The position numbers and the translations under genes are program-made. Below the pieces are notes generated by a model. The model did not search any database and was not told where the DNA came from. It was given only the letters and a program-made list of their open reading frames with translations. Shown here in pieces: positions 1 to 12,917 of a stretch of 64,000 nt of DNA. How positions within the stretch are numbered: position 1 is the stretch's first letter; each line of letters opens with the position of its first letter. The stretch comes from Okamejei kenojei. Its lineage: Eukaryota. Location of the stretch: positions 72,106,001 to 72,170,000 of the forward strand of contig CM069132.1 of the NCBI GenBank assembly GCA_035221665.1, read 5' to 3'.

Positions 1-1790
1 GTCTGCCAACCAATTTTCTATCCATGTCAGCACCCTACCCCCAGTACCAAGTGCTCCAATTTTGCCCACTAATCTCCAATGTGGGACCTTATCAAATGCT
101 TTCTGAAAGTCCAGGTACATTACATCTACTGGCTTACAGAAAGACTGGATAGACTCGGCTTGTACTCGCTGGAATTTAGAAGATTGAGGGGTGATCTCAT
201 AGAGACTTACAAAATTCTTAAGGGGTTGGACAGGCTAGATGCAGGAAGATTGTTCCCGATGTTGGGGAAGTCCAGGACAAGGGGTTTAAGGATAAGGGGG
301 AAGTCTTTTAGGACCGAGATGAGAAAATCGTTTTTCACACAGAGAGTGGTGAATCTGTGGAATTCTCTGCCACAGAAGGTAGTTGAGGCCAGTTCGTTGG
401 CCATATTTAAGAGGGAGTTGGATGTGGCCCTTCTGGCTGAAGGGATCAGGGGGTATGGAGAGAAGGCAGGTACAGGATACTGAGTTGGATGATCAGCCAT
501 GATCATATTGAATGGCGGTGCAGGCTCGAAGGGCCGAATGGCCTGCTCCTGCACCTAATTTCTATGTTTCTATGTTTCTATGTTTCCGTTGTCAATTTTC
601 CTAATTACATCCTCAAAAAATTCCAGCAGATTAGTCAAACATGATTTCCCCTTCGTAAACCCATGCTAACTCGGACCGATCCTGCTACTATCCAAATGTG
701 CTGCTATTTCATCTTTTATAATTGACTCCAGCATCTTCCCCACCATCTATGTCAGGCTAACTGGTCTATAATTCCCTGTTTTCTCTCTCCCGCCTTTCTT
801 AAAACGTGGGATAACATTAGCTACCCTCTAATCGACAGGAACTGATCCTGAATCTATAGAACATTGGAAAATGATCACCAATGCAACTACAATTTATAGA
901 GCAATTTCCTTAAGTATCCTGAGATGCAGACCATCAGGCCTTGGGGATTTATCTGCCTCCATTCCCATCAATCTACCCAACACCATTTCCTGTCTAATGT
1001 AAATTTTGGCCAACTTTGGTCTTAACTAATTTTTTACTCTTCACATACCTAAAGAAGCTTTTACTATCCTCCTTTATATTCTTGGCTAACTTACCTTCGT
1101 ACCTTATCTATTCTCCCCATATTGCCATTTTAGTTATCTGTTGCTCTTTAAAAGTTGCCCTATCCTCTGGCTTCCCACTCATCTTTGCTATGTTATACTT
1201 CTTCTCCTTTATTTTTATACTGTCCCTGACTTCACTTGTCAGCCACGGTCGCCCCTTACTCCCCTTGGAATCTTTCTTCCTCTTTGGAATTAACTGATCC
1301 TGCACTTTCTGTAGTGTTCCCAGAAATACCTGCCATTGTTGTTCCACTGTCATCCCTGCTAGGGTATCTTTCCTGTCAACTTTGGCCAGCTCCTCCCTCA
1401 TGGCTCCATAGTCTCCTTTGTTCAACTGTAATACTGGCACCTCCGATCTACCCTTCTCCCTCTCAAATTGTAGATTAAAACGTATCATATTATGGTCACT
1501 ACCTCCTAATGGCTCCTTTACCTCGAGTTCCCTTTATCAAATCCGTTTCATTACACAACACTAAATCCAGAATTGCCTTCTCCCTGGTAGGCTCCAGTAC
1601 AAGCTGCTCTAAGAATCCATCATGCAGGCACTCCACAAACTTCCTTTCTTGGAGTCCAGTATCAACCTGATTTCCCCGGTCTACTTGCATGTTGAAATAT
1701 CCCATAACAATCGTAGCATTACCTTTACGACATGCCAATTATAACTCTTGATTCAACTTGCACCCTATATCCAGCTAGTATTTTGGGCTG
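1..1790 (-). mobile_element. CR1 LINE ORF2 fragment (EN to RT), interrupted by a younger CR1 3' end
   Basis: Minus ORFs 1499..1738 (EPTREKAILDLVL) and 1108..1488. The sequence at 1-130 resumes at ~587. Confidence 0.9.
132..586 (+). mobile_element. Young CR1 3' end with (ctatgttt)n tail
   Basis: LGLYSLEFRRLRGDLIETYK...FFTQRVVNLWNSLP C-terminus of CR1 ORF2, followed by the 3' UTR and tail. Confidence 0.92.
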
Positions 1791-2116
1791 TTAACAAGAT
1801 TGTTTGGTTAACTGTTCCACCAGTTATGATTTCATCTGTGTCTGAATGATGTAGAAAAATAGTGCAGTACGATGCATGTTAGAGATAAAAAATTGCTATG
1901 TGCTTGACCTTGCATTTTAATGAAGTGTAATACTTCCAATTTGGCTTCAAATTAAACATTATTTCCAATGTTAGAGTGGAATTTAAATGAACAGTTCTAA
2001 AATTGAAAACATTTTATGAAACAACCCTGCTCACGTTCTAATCTCTAAAACCTAATGCTGCTGTTTATTTATGTTAGCTTAACACGTTTAATTTTACTCT
2101 TTGCATCCGATGTTAG

Positions 2117-2253
2117 GTGACACCTGGACTGAAACCTTGGCTTACGTGCTGTTCTGGGGAAGTGCTAGCTTTGGGACCGCTGCTATCATCCTGTTCAATG
2201 GCAAAGAGTTTGTTGATGCACCGAGGCTGGTTCAGAAAGAGAAGATGGACTGA
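2117..2253 (+). CDS. SACM1L: Phosphatidylinositol phosphatase SAC1, last coding exon
   Basis: After acceptor ttag (AG at 2115-2116), the frame GT GAC ACC TGG... reads (G)[44 protein letters not shown], with TGA at 2251-2253. This matches the recalled vertebrate SAC1 C-terminus (second TM helix plus KxKxx). The ORF track lists a different frame here. Confidence 0.95.
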
Positions 2254-3590
2254 ATGTGTACCTGTGGAAAGCAGCTTCGTCACCAAGATTCTGTGCAAAT
2301 GTGGAGGATCTTCTAACCTGCTTTCCACGCACCAGGCCCATGCGTGGTGATTTTTTAAATAAAACTTTTGACTGAAAACAACGGTCGCGAACTGCAGTCT
2401 GACTCAGATCGTTCAGCCTTAACTGTTATAAAGATTTCCTTTTAGCATTTTGAACAATTATCAGAAACCACAGTACAAATTCCAATAATTTTATTTTCCT
2501 GTACTGGCTTCTAAAAAAACAGCTCATACATGTGTTTCATTCAGGGTATCAGTTCAGATGCAATAGTTCTCTGACTTCTTTCTTCCACACAGCTTGTTTG
2601 CATTTATCATGAACCAATAATGGATCAATTACATATCTGCAGAAATAAGTTGTTGCTTCCAGATTTGAAGTTGATTAATTCAATGTTTTGTATAAAAGTT
2701 TGGTATCAACTTGGCGAGTAACCTCCTTTAGATCAGTTCAAAGCTGCTGCTTCCCATCATTGAGCAAATATCTATCTGCAACAAATGTAACTTTTAACCA
2801 GGGGGCTGTAATTTATATGCAAAGTTGTACAGGAAACTTTAGATGACGATGGAATTTATATTATGTTACAGAATCAACTGTATCTTCAGTTGTCTGTTGT
2901 TGCTGTTTTCTTTTCCTTTATTGCAGTATACTTGCATCATAGTTGACTGAATCTGCTCTCCAATGAAAGACAATTTAGCTAGGTAAAAGAAACCCTTTAT
3001 ATACATTTACTTGAGCACCTATTTTCCATAATGAACTACAATATTTAAATATTTAAGAAACTGATTAAGTATTCACATGAAATGGTTTATATTGCCATTG
3101 CTATCAAAATAATGCAGTCAGATTCTCCTCACCCCTCAAACAGTGCCTAGTTTCTGTTCATATTATTTTGTAACATTCTGAGGTACATGTATGAATTGTT
3201 AACGCTATGAACTATTTTTACATCTTTATTGTAGATGTACAAAACACACCTTAAGCTGCAATGGAACAGCAAATTTGCAAAATGCCGTCAAACTGTTGTG
3301 CAATCATTGAGGTAGATGATGATTCAATCAGTGTATTTTGCAAGTTGAAAGCAAGTATTGACTTTTAAGAATTGAATTATCAAATCGATGTAAGAAATTG
3401 AATCAATCATTCACTTATGAAACTATGATGAGACATGGTGAGGTGTAGGAGAAGAGGGGTGGTATATTGCTATTTATATACGTATAACTCTATAATTGGT
3501 TTTCTAACCTTTTTCCATTCCACTGTTGCCCTATTCTGTGTTATGTTTGTGTTCCTTTCAGAGTAATAAATAAAGTCTAAAGAAGAGCTT
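2254..3590 (+). other. Probable SACM1L 3' UTR with polyadenylation signals
   Basis: AT-rich stretch with no recognisable repeats after the stop. AATAAA at 2358-2363 and overlapping AATAAATAAA at 3565-3574. The actual cleavage site cannot be determined. Confidence 0.55.
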
Positions 3591-4249
3591 AGATTTTTAT
3601 TTCCTTTAAAAAAAAAAGGATTTATCTGTTAATATGTATCTGAACTCCACTTAGCTTGATGTGTTTGTAATGTGAAACATGTACATTCTGGGGTGTATAC
3701 CTGCTTAACAGAGGGGCCTGTGGATATATCTTAGAAAGTGGTATGACATATTGAGAGAGCCGTTAGTAAAGCATGTGCTCCAGGGTTTCTTAATGACAGA
3801 ATACAAAATTGGGAACAATTTGTTTGACTTTTTCAGCCCACAATTGGAGTATTGCATCAAATTCTAGTCACCATGCTTCTTGAAGGATGGAAAAATGCTA
3901 AAAAGTGTGCAAAAAACCCCGTTTTTGTTTTATAACTATTCTTCATTTCATAAACATTGCAAGTACTCTTTTGAAAAAAATCCAAACAATCTGAAAGGGC
4001 ATGCTGCAATTGTAATTTGGATCCAATTGAATACAACATTTTCCCATTCTTTACATAGCTGTTGGGAGCTACATCCCTTGTTGATCATATTGAGGTTAGC
4101 TGTGTTGAGGGAGGCTGTGTTGAAGTGCAAGTGTTGTGTTTGAGGTAAGTGCTGAGACTTTGGCTCGTGTGGCTTCTGTGAGAAATGTGAGTGAAGGATG
4201 ATGCCAGGATAAGGTAAGTTCTGTTTTTTTAAAAATAACCTTTCCATGT

Positions 4250-6490
4250 TCTGAGTGCAGAAAGAGGAGGGGCATGTTCCTGCAGGAAGTGAGTCCAGCT
4301 GCAGTTCCTGACTGACCCTTTGCGGAAACTAGGGCTGTGAGTGGATGACCTCGGGATCGTCAGGAAGAATGGAAGCCGCATAGAAACAGGTTATAATGAG
4401 GTGGTCACATCGGTGGTAAAGGCAGAAAGTAGGTGGGTGACCACCAGCAAAGGGAATAGGCAGAAAATGCAGGAATCCCCTGTGACCATCCTCACCAAAA
4501 CATGTATTTGCCTTTGGATACTGTTTGGTGATGGTGGGGGGAGGGAATGTCCTTTAAGAGGAGAACAGCAGCTGTAAAGTCTGTGGCACAAGGTCTGATA
4601 GAAAAAGGGCTGATGTCCTGCAAAGTGAATATGGGGAAATTAGGCAAAAGGTTAAATCTCAGGACCTTAAGAGTCGTGATCTCAGATTACTCTGTGCCAA
4701 GTGCTAGTGTGGGTAGGAATAGGAAGATAGGACAGGTAAATGCTTGGCTAAGGAGTGGTGCAGGAGGCATGGATTCAGGTTATCGGACTATTGTGTTCTC
4801 TTCTACGGCAGAGGTCATAGAGTCATACAGCTTAGAAGCAGCCCCCTCGGCACAACTCGTCCATGATGATCAAGATGTCCCATTTTAGCTTTTTCTGTCT
4901 GCTGCATTTGGCCCATATCCCTCTAAATCTTTTCTATCCGTGTACCTGCCCGAGTGTTTTTTTTTAATGTAGTTATTGCACCTGTCTCAACTATCTCCTC
5001 AGGCAGCTCATTCCATATAACCACCACCGTCTGAGTGAAAAATGTTGCCCCTCGGGTTCCAACTAAATCTGTCCCCTCACCTTAACCTTGTTTCTGGATT
5101 CTCCTACGCTGAGTAAAAGACTCCATGCATTCACCCTATCAACCCCCCTCATTATTTAAGGTGATGTGTACAAGAGGGATGGGTTGTACCTGAACTCGAG
5201 GCAGACCACTGTCCTTGCATGGAGGTTCACTGGTGCTACTCACGAGGGTTTAACTTAGGTTTGCAGAGGATGAGATCTAATGCAGTAGTGAGGCAGGGAG
5301 CCTGGAAGTGTCTCAGAGTAGTAGGTCAAGCTTTGCCCTCTCCTTTGTGGAGCCCTCTACATATTGTGACAGCAAGTTCAGTATACAGGGGCACAGCAGG
5401 AAATGAAAGATGCTTGGATTAAATTGTGTTTATTTCACTTCAAGTAAGGCAGATGAACTCAAGTAAGGCAGATTAACTCAGGATGTGGATTGGGACATTA
5501 TCGCCATTATGGAAGGGACTGGACTGGCAGTTTAACGTTCAGAGTGCAGATGCTACAGATGAGATATAATTTGGGATTAAACGAGAGGGGAGTTGCTTTA
5601 TGCTTAAGGAGAATGTCAAGGCAGTAGTCTGAGATGATATCACTGAAGGATCGTCCAGTGAAGCTGTGGGTGGAGCTGAGAAATAAAAAGGGGATGATTG
5701 CTATTGGCCCCAAAATAGGCAATTGGAAAATTTGGAACAACAAAGCCAGGAGATTGCAAACAATTGCAAGACTAATAGGGTTGATGAAGTTGGGTATTTT
5801 TAACTTTCCCAATTTAGACTGGGACCGCATTAATGCCAATGGTTTAGATGGGGTGGAATTTGTCAAGTATTTTCAGGAAAGTTTCCTTAGGCAATATGTA
5901 AAAGGCTCCGCAAAGGAGAGGGCAAAGCTTGACCTACTACTCTAAGACTATTGTAAAGGGCAAGTGCTGAAATGTCATTGAGTGATCCTTTTGAAAGCAG
6001 TGACCACAATTATCTTGCCTTTAAAATATGAATTTATCCACAAGATAAATTTGTAATTTGGGGCACTGTAAACTTTGAAAGTATTATACTGGAACTTACA
6101 AAAGTTAATTGGAGTAGATTGTTTGCAGACAAAGGGATATCTGGAGAGTGGGATATTTTTAGAAGGGTCATAGTGAGAGTTCAAAATATGCAGATTGGGG
6201 TAAGGAACCCTCGATGATGAGATGAATTAAATCTCAGGTCATGGTTCAGGTGTAAGTTGCTGGGTTCCCCTGCATAGAGGATTGAGTAGCATACTTAATT
6301 AAGTAGCCAAGAATGTTAATGGAATGGAATACTTTATTGTCACATGTGTCTAGGCAGGACTGTAAATGTCGTCTATTTGGACTTCAATTGGGCCTTTGAT
6401 AAGTTTTCCCATGGTAGTCTGCTCTGTATGGTTAGATCGCTTGGGATCAAGGGAGAGCTAGCTAACTGGATACAAAATTAGCTTCTGGGA
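4250..6490 (+). mobile_element. Old fragmented CR1 (ORF1 esterase-like and ORF2 EN remnants) with a nested minus-strand CR1 3' piece at ~4815-5160
   Basis: VVISD...RNRKIGQVNAWLRS (ORF1-like) and FNFPNLDW...GLDGVEFVKYFQESFLRQYV (EN). Confidence 0.75.
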
Positions 6491-6835
6491 AATGGCAAAT
6501 ACAGTTTAATCCAGTTTATGCAGTTCATGGTATCTATGTTATAGGACTTACCTGGGAACAGACTATTTCAGATTAGGTAGTATAAATGAGGAGGATTGAA
6601 CAAGAGGTCTTGTGATTGACGTATGGAAGGTGTGACCACCGTATTGCAGATTTCGAGATGCAATTTGAGAGTGAAAAACGCAGGATAAAATCCATTATCT
6701 TACATTTAAATAAGACCACTTATAATGTATGAGGTTTATTTTCTAAAGAATGGGCAAACAAATCAAAGGGGAATGGCTCCACACTTGAGATGCACAATGA
6801 GATATATTTACTAGGAAGCAAATAGTGGTGGTGTC

Positions 6836-7422
6836 TTTTTTTTCAAAATGGACTTTATTCAAGTAATAAATATATACAATACATGAACCGTGCAAAAAAT
6901 TTGCGACATTTTCGGAGGCTATACAAATAGTCTATACATAATCTGAAGAAGGGTCTCGACCCGAAACGTTGCCTATCTCCTTCGCTCCTTAGATGCTGCT
7001 GCACCCGCTGAGTTTCTCCAGCTTTTTGTATACAAATAGTCTATACATTTCTCAATTTTCACCAATCTGTCCCCCACCCGTGCCACTCATGTGCCCCCTG
7101 ACGTGGGATACCTTCCCTTATTTTGAGGGGTGTCACCACCATACCGTGTCCCCCATGTCCAGCTGCGGAAGGACCCTAGACTGTGGTCCTCCCTCACAGA
7201 GCCTTGGCGTTGGCTGCACCGAGCTTTATTGAGTCCCTCAGCATGTACTCCTGCAGTCTGCAGCGGGCCAGTCGGCAACATTCCCTGACGGACATCTCGC
7301 TCCGCTGGGTGGTGAACAATGCTTGGGCAGACCAAAGGGCATCTTTTACCGAGTTGATGACCCTCCAGCAGTACTCGATGTCAGTCTCTGAATGTGTCTG
7401 TGGGAACAGTCCGTAAATCACA
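6836..7422 (-). mobile_element. Tx1/L1-clade retrotransposon 3' end
   Basis: Minus ORF IYGLFP...WRVINSVKDALWSAQ...CCRLARCRLQEYMLRD, AATAAA (tttatt at ~6854) and a polyA run (T run 6836-6843). GTGTCTTTT occurs on both flanks. Confidence 0.7.
6940..7028 (+). mobile_element. Penelope-like-derived short insertion with minimal hammerhead ribozyme motif
   Basis: CTGAAGA-A-GGGTCTCGACCC-GAAACGTT at 6943-6970. Flanked by the 20-bp direct repeat TATACAAATAGTCTATACAT (6920-6939, 7029-7048). Confidence 0.75.
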
Positions 7423-7427
7423 GTAAG

Positions 7428-7790
7428 TGTGTCTTTTGGACTGGAGGCCTGTGACTATTGGTGTGCCTCAGGGTTCAGTGCTGGGGCCTTTGCAGTTTGT
7501 CATCTAATCAATGATTTGGATGAACACGTATAAGGCATAATTAGTAAACTTGCAGATGACACTAAAGTGAAGATGGTTATCAAAAATTACCGCGGGATCT
7601 TGACTACGTGGGCAAACGGGTCGGGAAATGGGAAAAAGAGTTTAATCCAGATAAGTGTGAGGTGTAGCATTTCGGGAAGTCAAACCAGGAAGGGACCTTC
7701 GCAGAGAACGGTAGAACCCTGGGGAGGGTTGCAGAGCAGAGGGATCCAGGCGCACGTTGCAGAGCAGAGGGATCTAGGATCCAAGATCAA
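7428..7790 (+). mobile_element. Decayed CR1 RT fragment abutting the SNRPD1 promoter
   Basis: ggtgtgcctcagggttcagtgctgggg (GVPQGSVLG) and gcagatgacactaaa (ADDTK). Confidence 0.8.
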
Positions 7791-7809
7791 ACATCATAGA
7801 TGAGCCTCT

Positions 7810-8345
7810 GGGATCTTTGTCCAAGATGGTGCAGGAAGCGTCCTGTCGGCACCATGCGCATGCTCAGTGCTGCCGGCGGGCTGCCGGCACCCGCGCACGC
7901 GCAGTGCTGAGGCGGGCCGTGCCGTTTGCCGCCGCCGCCGCCGCCGCCGCCATGAAGCTGGTGCGGTAAGTAACGCCGCGCCGCGCCGCGCCGCCCGGGT
8001 CCCGTGGCGTGGCCGACCCCCGCACCATGGCGAGATGAGGGGGAGGGGGGTTTGGTTCGTCGGGGCCGGGCTGCGGGCTGCGGGCTGGGGGGCGGGGGCC
8101 GGGATTGGGGCCCGAGGCCTGGGCCTGCGACTGCACGAGGTCGGGGCCGGCTCGGCGGCTGAGGCTGAGGCCGGGGCCGGCGGGGACCATCGGCGGGGCT
8201 GAGCTGCCCTGGATAATGGTCGGGGCCCGGAGTGGATGGAGCCCGAAGGACGCCGGGCTGCAGCCACCCCCTTTCGCCATGGATGGATGCAGCGCGCTGC
8301 GGTCGCCTGCAAACAAAACGCGATGCTGGGCCGCAGATCCGACGG
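7810..8345 (+). promoter_or_regulatory. CpG island / promoter of SNRPD1
   Basis: Very GC- and CpG-rich. NRF1-like TGCGCATGC (7855-7863) and GCGCACGCGCA (7893-7903), YY1-like CAAGATGG (7822-7829), ETS-like CAGGAAG (~7833). (GCC)8 at 7928-7951 sits directly before the ATG. Confidence 0.8.
7952..7965 (+). CDS. SNRPD1: Small nuclear ribonucleoprotein Sm D1, coding exon 1 (MKLV R-)
   Basis: ATGAAGCTGGTGCG followed by donor GTAAGT at 7966, in a strong Kozak context. Confidence 0.95.
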
Positions 8346-8358
8346 TGGAAACACGGGG

Positions 8359-8455
8359 GTAGACACAAGTGCTGGAGAAACTCAGCGGGTGCGGCAGCAT
8401 CTATGGAGCGAAGGAGATAGGCAACGTTTCGGGCCGAAACCCTTCTTCATACCCT
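8359..8455 (-). mobile_element. Same Penelope-like/hammerhead repeat, inserted at the 3' edge of the SNRPD1 CpG island
   Basis: Minus strand reads ATGAAGAAGGGTTTCGGCCCGAAACGTTGCC. 15-bp TSD GGTGGAAACACGGGG (8344-8358, 8456-8470). Confidence 0.75.
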
Positions 8456-9279
8456 GGTGGAAACACGGGGCAGGCCACCCGAACCCTCTCCATCATTGGG
8501 TGAGATCGTGGCTGTTATTGTGTTGAGGTCTCGGCTCCACTTTCCCGCCTGGCTCCAGTAATCCTTTATTCCCCTGTAGATAAAAAAAAAAACTATGCCC
8601 AGCTCAGCCTAGGCTCTTTACAGTAATTTGGCCTGTACAGCTCTCTGAGATGGAAAATGCCAGATATTCGTGACTCTCCCGAGAAGAAATTCTCGCACTT
8701 CTGTTAATATGGACCATACCGTAGCTGAAATCAGGGGAAACATTCTTGCAACATTTGTTTCAAGGCCCCTCAAAATTTAGTTTCACATTCTTCTGAGGAG
8801 TGAATATACAATCTGCTAAGAAAATATACTTGATGTTGGCGTAGTAATCTCCTGAATAGTTCCCCTTCCAATAAATGTCTTGTATGCTCGATGTGTGTTC
8901 TATGCAAGAAGACAGCAAGGTTGTTTGCACAACAGCTTTCTATTGTCTCAACCCATTCAGAGAATGTTCTGTTTTCTATTTCTCTTAAAACGAATAATTT
9001 CACATTTCACCATTGCTGGTTCATTTGTCAGATATGTTCACTCATTTTGCTTCACCTGCATCTCTGCTTACTTACCTTGCATTCCCAACTATCATTTGCA
9101 AAATTGGCAATATCACAGTTGGGCACACCATTTAAGTAACCAGTGTAAATATTTGAGCTCATAATACTGATCCCTGTGTACCTCGCAGGTTACAATTTGC
9201 CAATGTGAAAATGAGCCACTTGTCCTGATTCTTTTTAGACAATTTTCAATTTCTTTGCTGTGATCTATTATGAGATTCA

Positions 9280-11220
9280 ACATAGATACATAGACATTCG
9301 GCCCCTCGAGCCAATGTGATCATGGCTGGTCATCCACAATCAGTACCCCGTTCCTGCCTTCTCCCCATACCCCTTGATTCCGCTAGTCCTAAGAGCTCTA
9401 TCTAACTCTTTTGAATGCATCCAGTGAATCTGCCTCCACTACATTCTGAGGCAGAGAATTCCACAAATTCAAGTTTTGGATTGGATACTAGATGCAGGAA
9501 AATTTCCTGTCCTGGCCATTTAGAGCGGAGATGAGGAAAAACATTTTCACCCAGAGTGTTGTGAATCTGTGGAATTATCTGCCTCAGAAGGCAGTGGAGG
9601 CCAATTCTCTGGATGCTTTCAAGAGAGCGTTAGATAGAGCTCTTAAAGATATCGGAGTTGAGGGATATGGGGAGAAGGCAGGAACGGGGTACTGATTGTG
9701 GATGATCAGCCATGATCACGGTGAATGGCGGTGCTGGCTCTAAGGGCCTGAATGGCCTACTCCTGCAACTATTGTCTTTGCTCCTATACTCAACCCCTCT
9801 CGTTAAGAAGGCGAACATGCCATTAGCTTTCTTCGCTGCCTGTTGTACCTGCATGCTTACTTTCAGTGACTGAGGACACCCAGGTCTTCGTTGTTCTTCC
9901 CCTTTTCCTAACCTGACACCATTCAGATCATAATCTGCCTTCCCATTCTTGCCACCAAAGTGGAAAACCTCACATCTATCCACATTCTACTACATCTGCC
10001 ATGCATCTGCCCACTCACCCAACCTGTCCAAGTCACCCTGCATCCTCATAGCATCCTCTTCACCGTTCACACTGCCACCCAGCTTTGTGTCATCTGCAAA
10101 TTTGCTAATGTTTCTTTTAATCCCTTCATCTAAATCATTAATGTATATTGTAAATAGCTGCAGTCCCAGCACCGAGCCTTGCGGTACCCCACTAGCCGCT
10201 GCCTGCCTTTCTGAAAGGGACCCATTAATTCCTACTCTTTGTTTCCTGTCTGGCCACCAATTTTCTATCCATGTCAATGCCCTAATCCCAATAGCATGTG
10301 CTCTAATTTTGCCCACTAATCTCCTGTGTGGGACCATATCAAAGGCTTTCTGAAAATCCAGGTACACTACATCCACTGGCTCTCCCTTGTCCATTTTTCA
10401 TGTTACATGCTCAAAAAAATCCAGATTTGCCAAGCATGATTTCCCCTTCGTAAATCCATGCTGACAGACCGATCCTGTTACTGCTATCCAAATGCGCCGC
10501 TATTACATCTTTGATTATCGATTCCAGCATCTTTGATGTCTGGCTAACTGGTCTATAATTCCCTGCTTTCTCTCTCCCTCCGTTCTTGAAAAATGGGATA
10601 ACATTAGTTACCCTCTAGTCCACAGGAACGGATCCAGAATCTATAGAACATTGGAAAATGATCACCAATGCGTCCACGCTTTCTAGAGCCACCTCCTTGA
10701 GTACCCTAGGATGCAGAGCACCAGGCCCTGGAGATTTATCAGCCTTCAATCCCATCAGTCTACCCAACACCAATTCCTTTTGAAAATCCAAATACACCAT
10801 GTCTGCTGGTTCTCCTTTCTCCACTCTGCCAGAGATATCTTAAAGGAACAGGTTTTAAAAAGCCTTTTTAGAGGAGAGAAGTAAGGGGTGTAAAGGAGTA
10901 GGTTGTAAAGCTGCCCAGAGTAGGTGAATCAAAGGACCAGAGGGCATAGGTTTAAGGGAACGGGAAAAGATTTAACAGGAATCTGAGGGGTAACATTTTC
11001 ACACAAAGGGTGGGGGGTGTATGGAACAAGATGCCAGGGGCGGTAGTTGAGGCTGGGACTATCCCAATGTTTAAGAAGTAGTTATGCAAGTACATGGATT
11101 TAATACATTTGGAGGGATATGGATCAAACATGGGCAGGTGGGACTAGTGTAGCTTGGACATGTTGGCCAGTGTGGGCAAGATGGGCCGAAGGGCCTGTTT
11201 CCACACTGTATCACTCTGAC
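9280..11220. mobile_element. Cluster of CR1 fragments in both orientations in SNRPD1 intron 1
   Basis: Minus RT ORFs 9990..10394 ([24 protein letters not shown]) and 9630..9983; plus-strand 3' ends at ~9480-9775 and ~10920-11220. Confidence 0.88.
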
Positions 11221-12554
11221 TGAATTACACATTTTAAGCCAACCGAAATAGCAAACCATGTTATTTAATTTAAACAAAGACATTGTAGATAATCGTAATC
11301 TCATGAAACAGCACATTAGTGCATCGGTTGCCTTCCTAACTATTAACTAAATGTAGTTGGAAATGACTGCAAAAATATATAATGCAAGGGAAAAACTGTT
11401 TGTGTTCTGCAACTGGCAAAGCAGTTGGTATTAGGGCAGCTCAGTGGGTAAGCTAGAAGACAGAGCACTGAGTTCAGTCGAGGCCTTTGGTGTTGTCTGT
11501 GAGGAGTTTGTGTGTTCTCCTTGTCACTGTGAAGGTTTCTCGAGGTGCACCTGTTTCTCCTTTATGCCAAGGTTGTGCAAGTTGATGGAGGTGGAGTTGT
11601 GGGTGGTAAGGAAGGCTTTCAAAGTATACAGCGGGATGTAGATCAGCTACAGAAATGGGCAGAGAAATGTCTGGCTTAGTGTAATCCAAGCTAGGATGAG
11701 ATGTTGCACTTTGGGAGATCGAATGTAATGGGGAAAGTATACCGTTAATGACAAGACCCTCAACAGCAATGAAGTACAGAGGAATCTTGGGGTCCCAGAC
11801 CATAGCTCCCTGAAAGTAGCAAACACAAATAGATGTTCCCTGAACCAGTTGTAAAAGGTCCTTTAAAACTGCATTTGCCTTTCTTTGTAAAGAAACCATA
11901 TAGGGCCATTCTTTGGAAAGTGAACCGAAATGTCACACACATTACCAAATGACATCACATAAAGTAATACATAAAACATTTATTGTAAGAGATTAATCTT
12001 ATTCATAGCTATTTTCATACCTACATAACTATAATGCATGTCTGCTCCAGATATGAACATTCTAGTTTTTTGTAATTCACAAGAGTTTGTTAGACAGAAC
12101 GGAGTTATGAAAAAAAACGTGATAGTAGATATAAAAATTATGAGAGCCATTGATAGGGTAGATGGCCAGAACAATCTGATGGTCAGATCCACATTCTCTG
12201 AACCAGTTATAAAAGGGTCCTTTAATAAAAGGATTGCTTTTCTTTGCAATCTTCCTATGTGGCAGTTTGAAATTGCCCCAATATTGTCAAAGACCCTCAA
12301 GATTTCTTCTTGATGAATCTCTTTGAAACTGGTTGCTTTGTCTCACTTCATTACTCTGATGAAAATGTATTATTTTTCTGCATTACCTTTCATCAGTTAG
12401 GATTTTATCTCATCTGGCTAAATCACCTGGGTCTGTTTTGACTCCTCGTGTTATTTATTACACAGTCACGTTTTACGAAATTCACAGACTTCGTTATACT
12501 TTGAATGCCATGTCTAGATCAATGATATACATTAAAATGAGCATATGGCTGTCA

Positions 12555-12917
12555 TAAGGGGTTGGATAGGCTAGATGCAGGAAGATTGTTCCCGATGTTG
12601 GGGAGGTCCAGAACAAGGGGTCACAGTCTAAGGATAAAGGGGAATTCCTTTAGGACCGAGATGAGGAAAACATTTTTCACACAGAGAGTGGTGAGTCTCT
12701 GGAATTCTCTGCCACAGGAGGTAGTTTAGGCCAGTTCATTGGCTATATTTAAGAGGGAGTTAGATGTGGCCCTTGTGGCTAAAGGGATCAGCGGGTATGG
12801 AGAGAAGGCAGGTACAGGATACTGAGTTGGATGATCAGCCATGATCATATTGAATGGCAGTGCAGGCTCGAAGGGCCGAATGGCCTACTCCTGCACCTAT
12901 TTTCTATGTTTCTATGT
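12555..12917 (+). mobile_element. CR1 3' end
   Basis: Same 3' sequence family as 132-586, ending ctatgtttctatgtt. Confidence 0.88.

Noticed and set aside
207-554. Recurrent MIMADHPTQYPVPAFSPYP ORFs (also 25952, 39399, 41365, 42430, 45178)
   Set aside because: Antisense reading of the CR1 3' end, not a gene family.
2117-2350. 77-aa ORF MTPGLKPW... in the ORF track
   Set aside because: Wrong frame. The real coding frame is the SACM1L last exon ending at TGA 2251-2253.
7787-8526. Several overlapping long ORFs on both strands
   Set aside because: Low-complexity Pro/Arg/Ala/Gly products expected from a stop-poor CpG island. Only the 14-nt SNRPD1 exon is supported.
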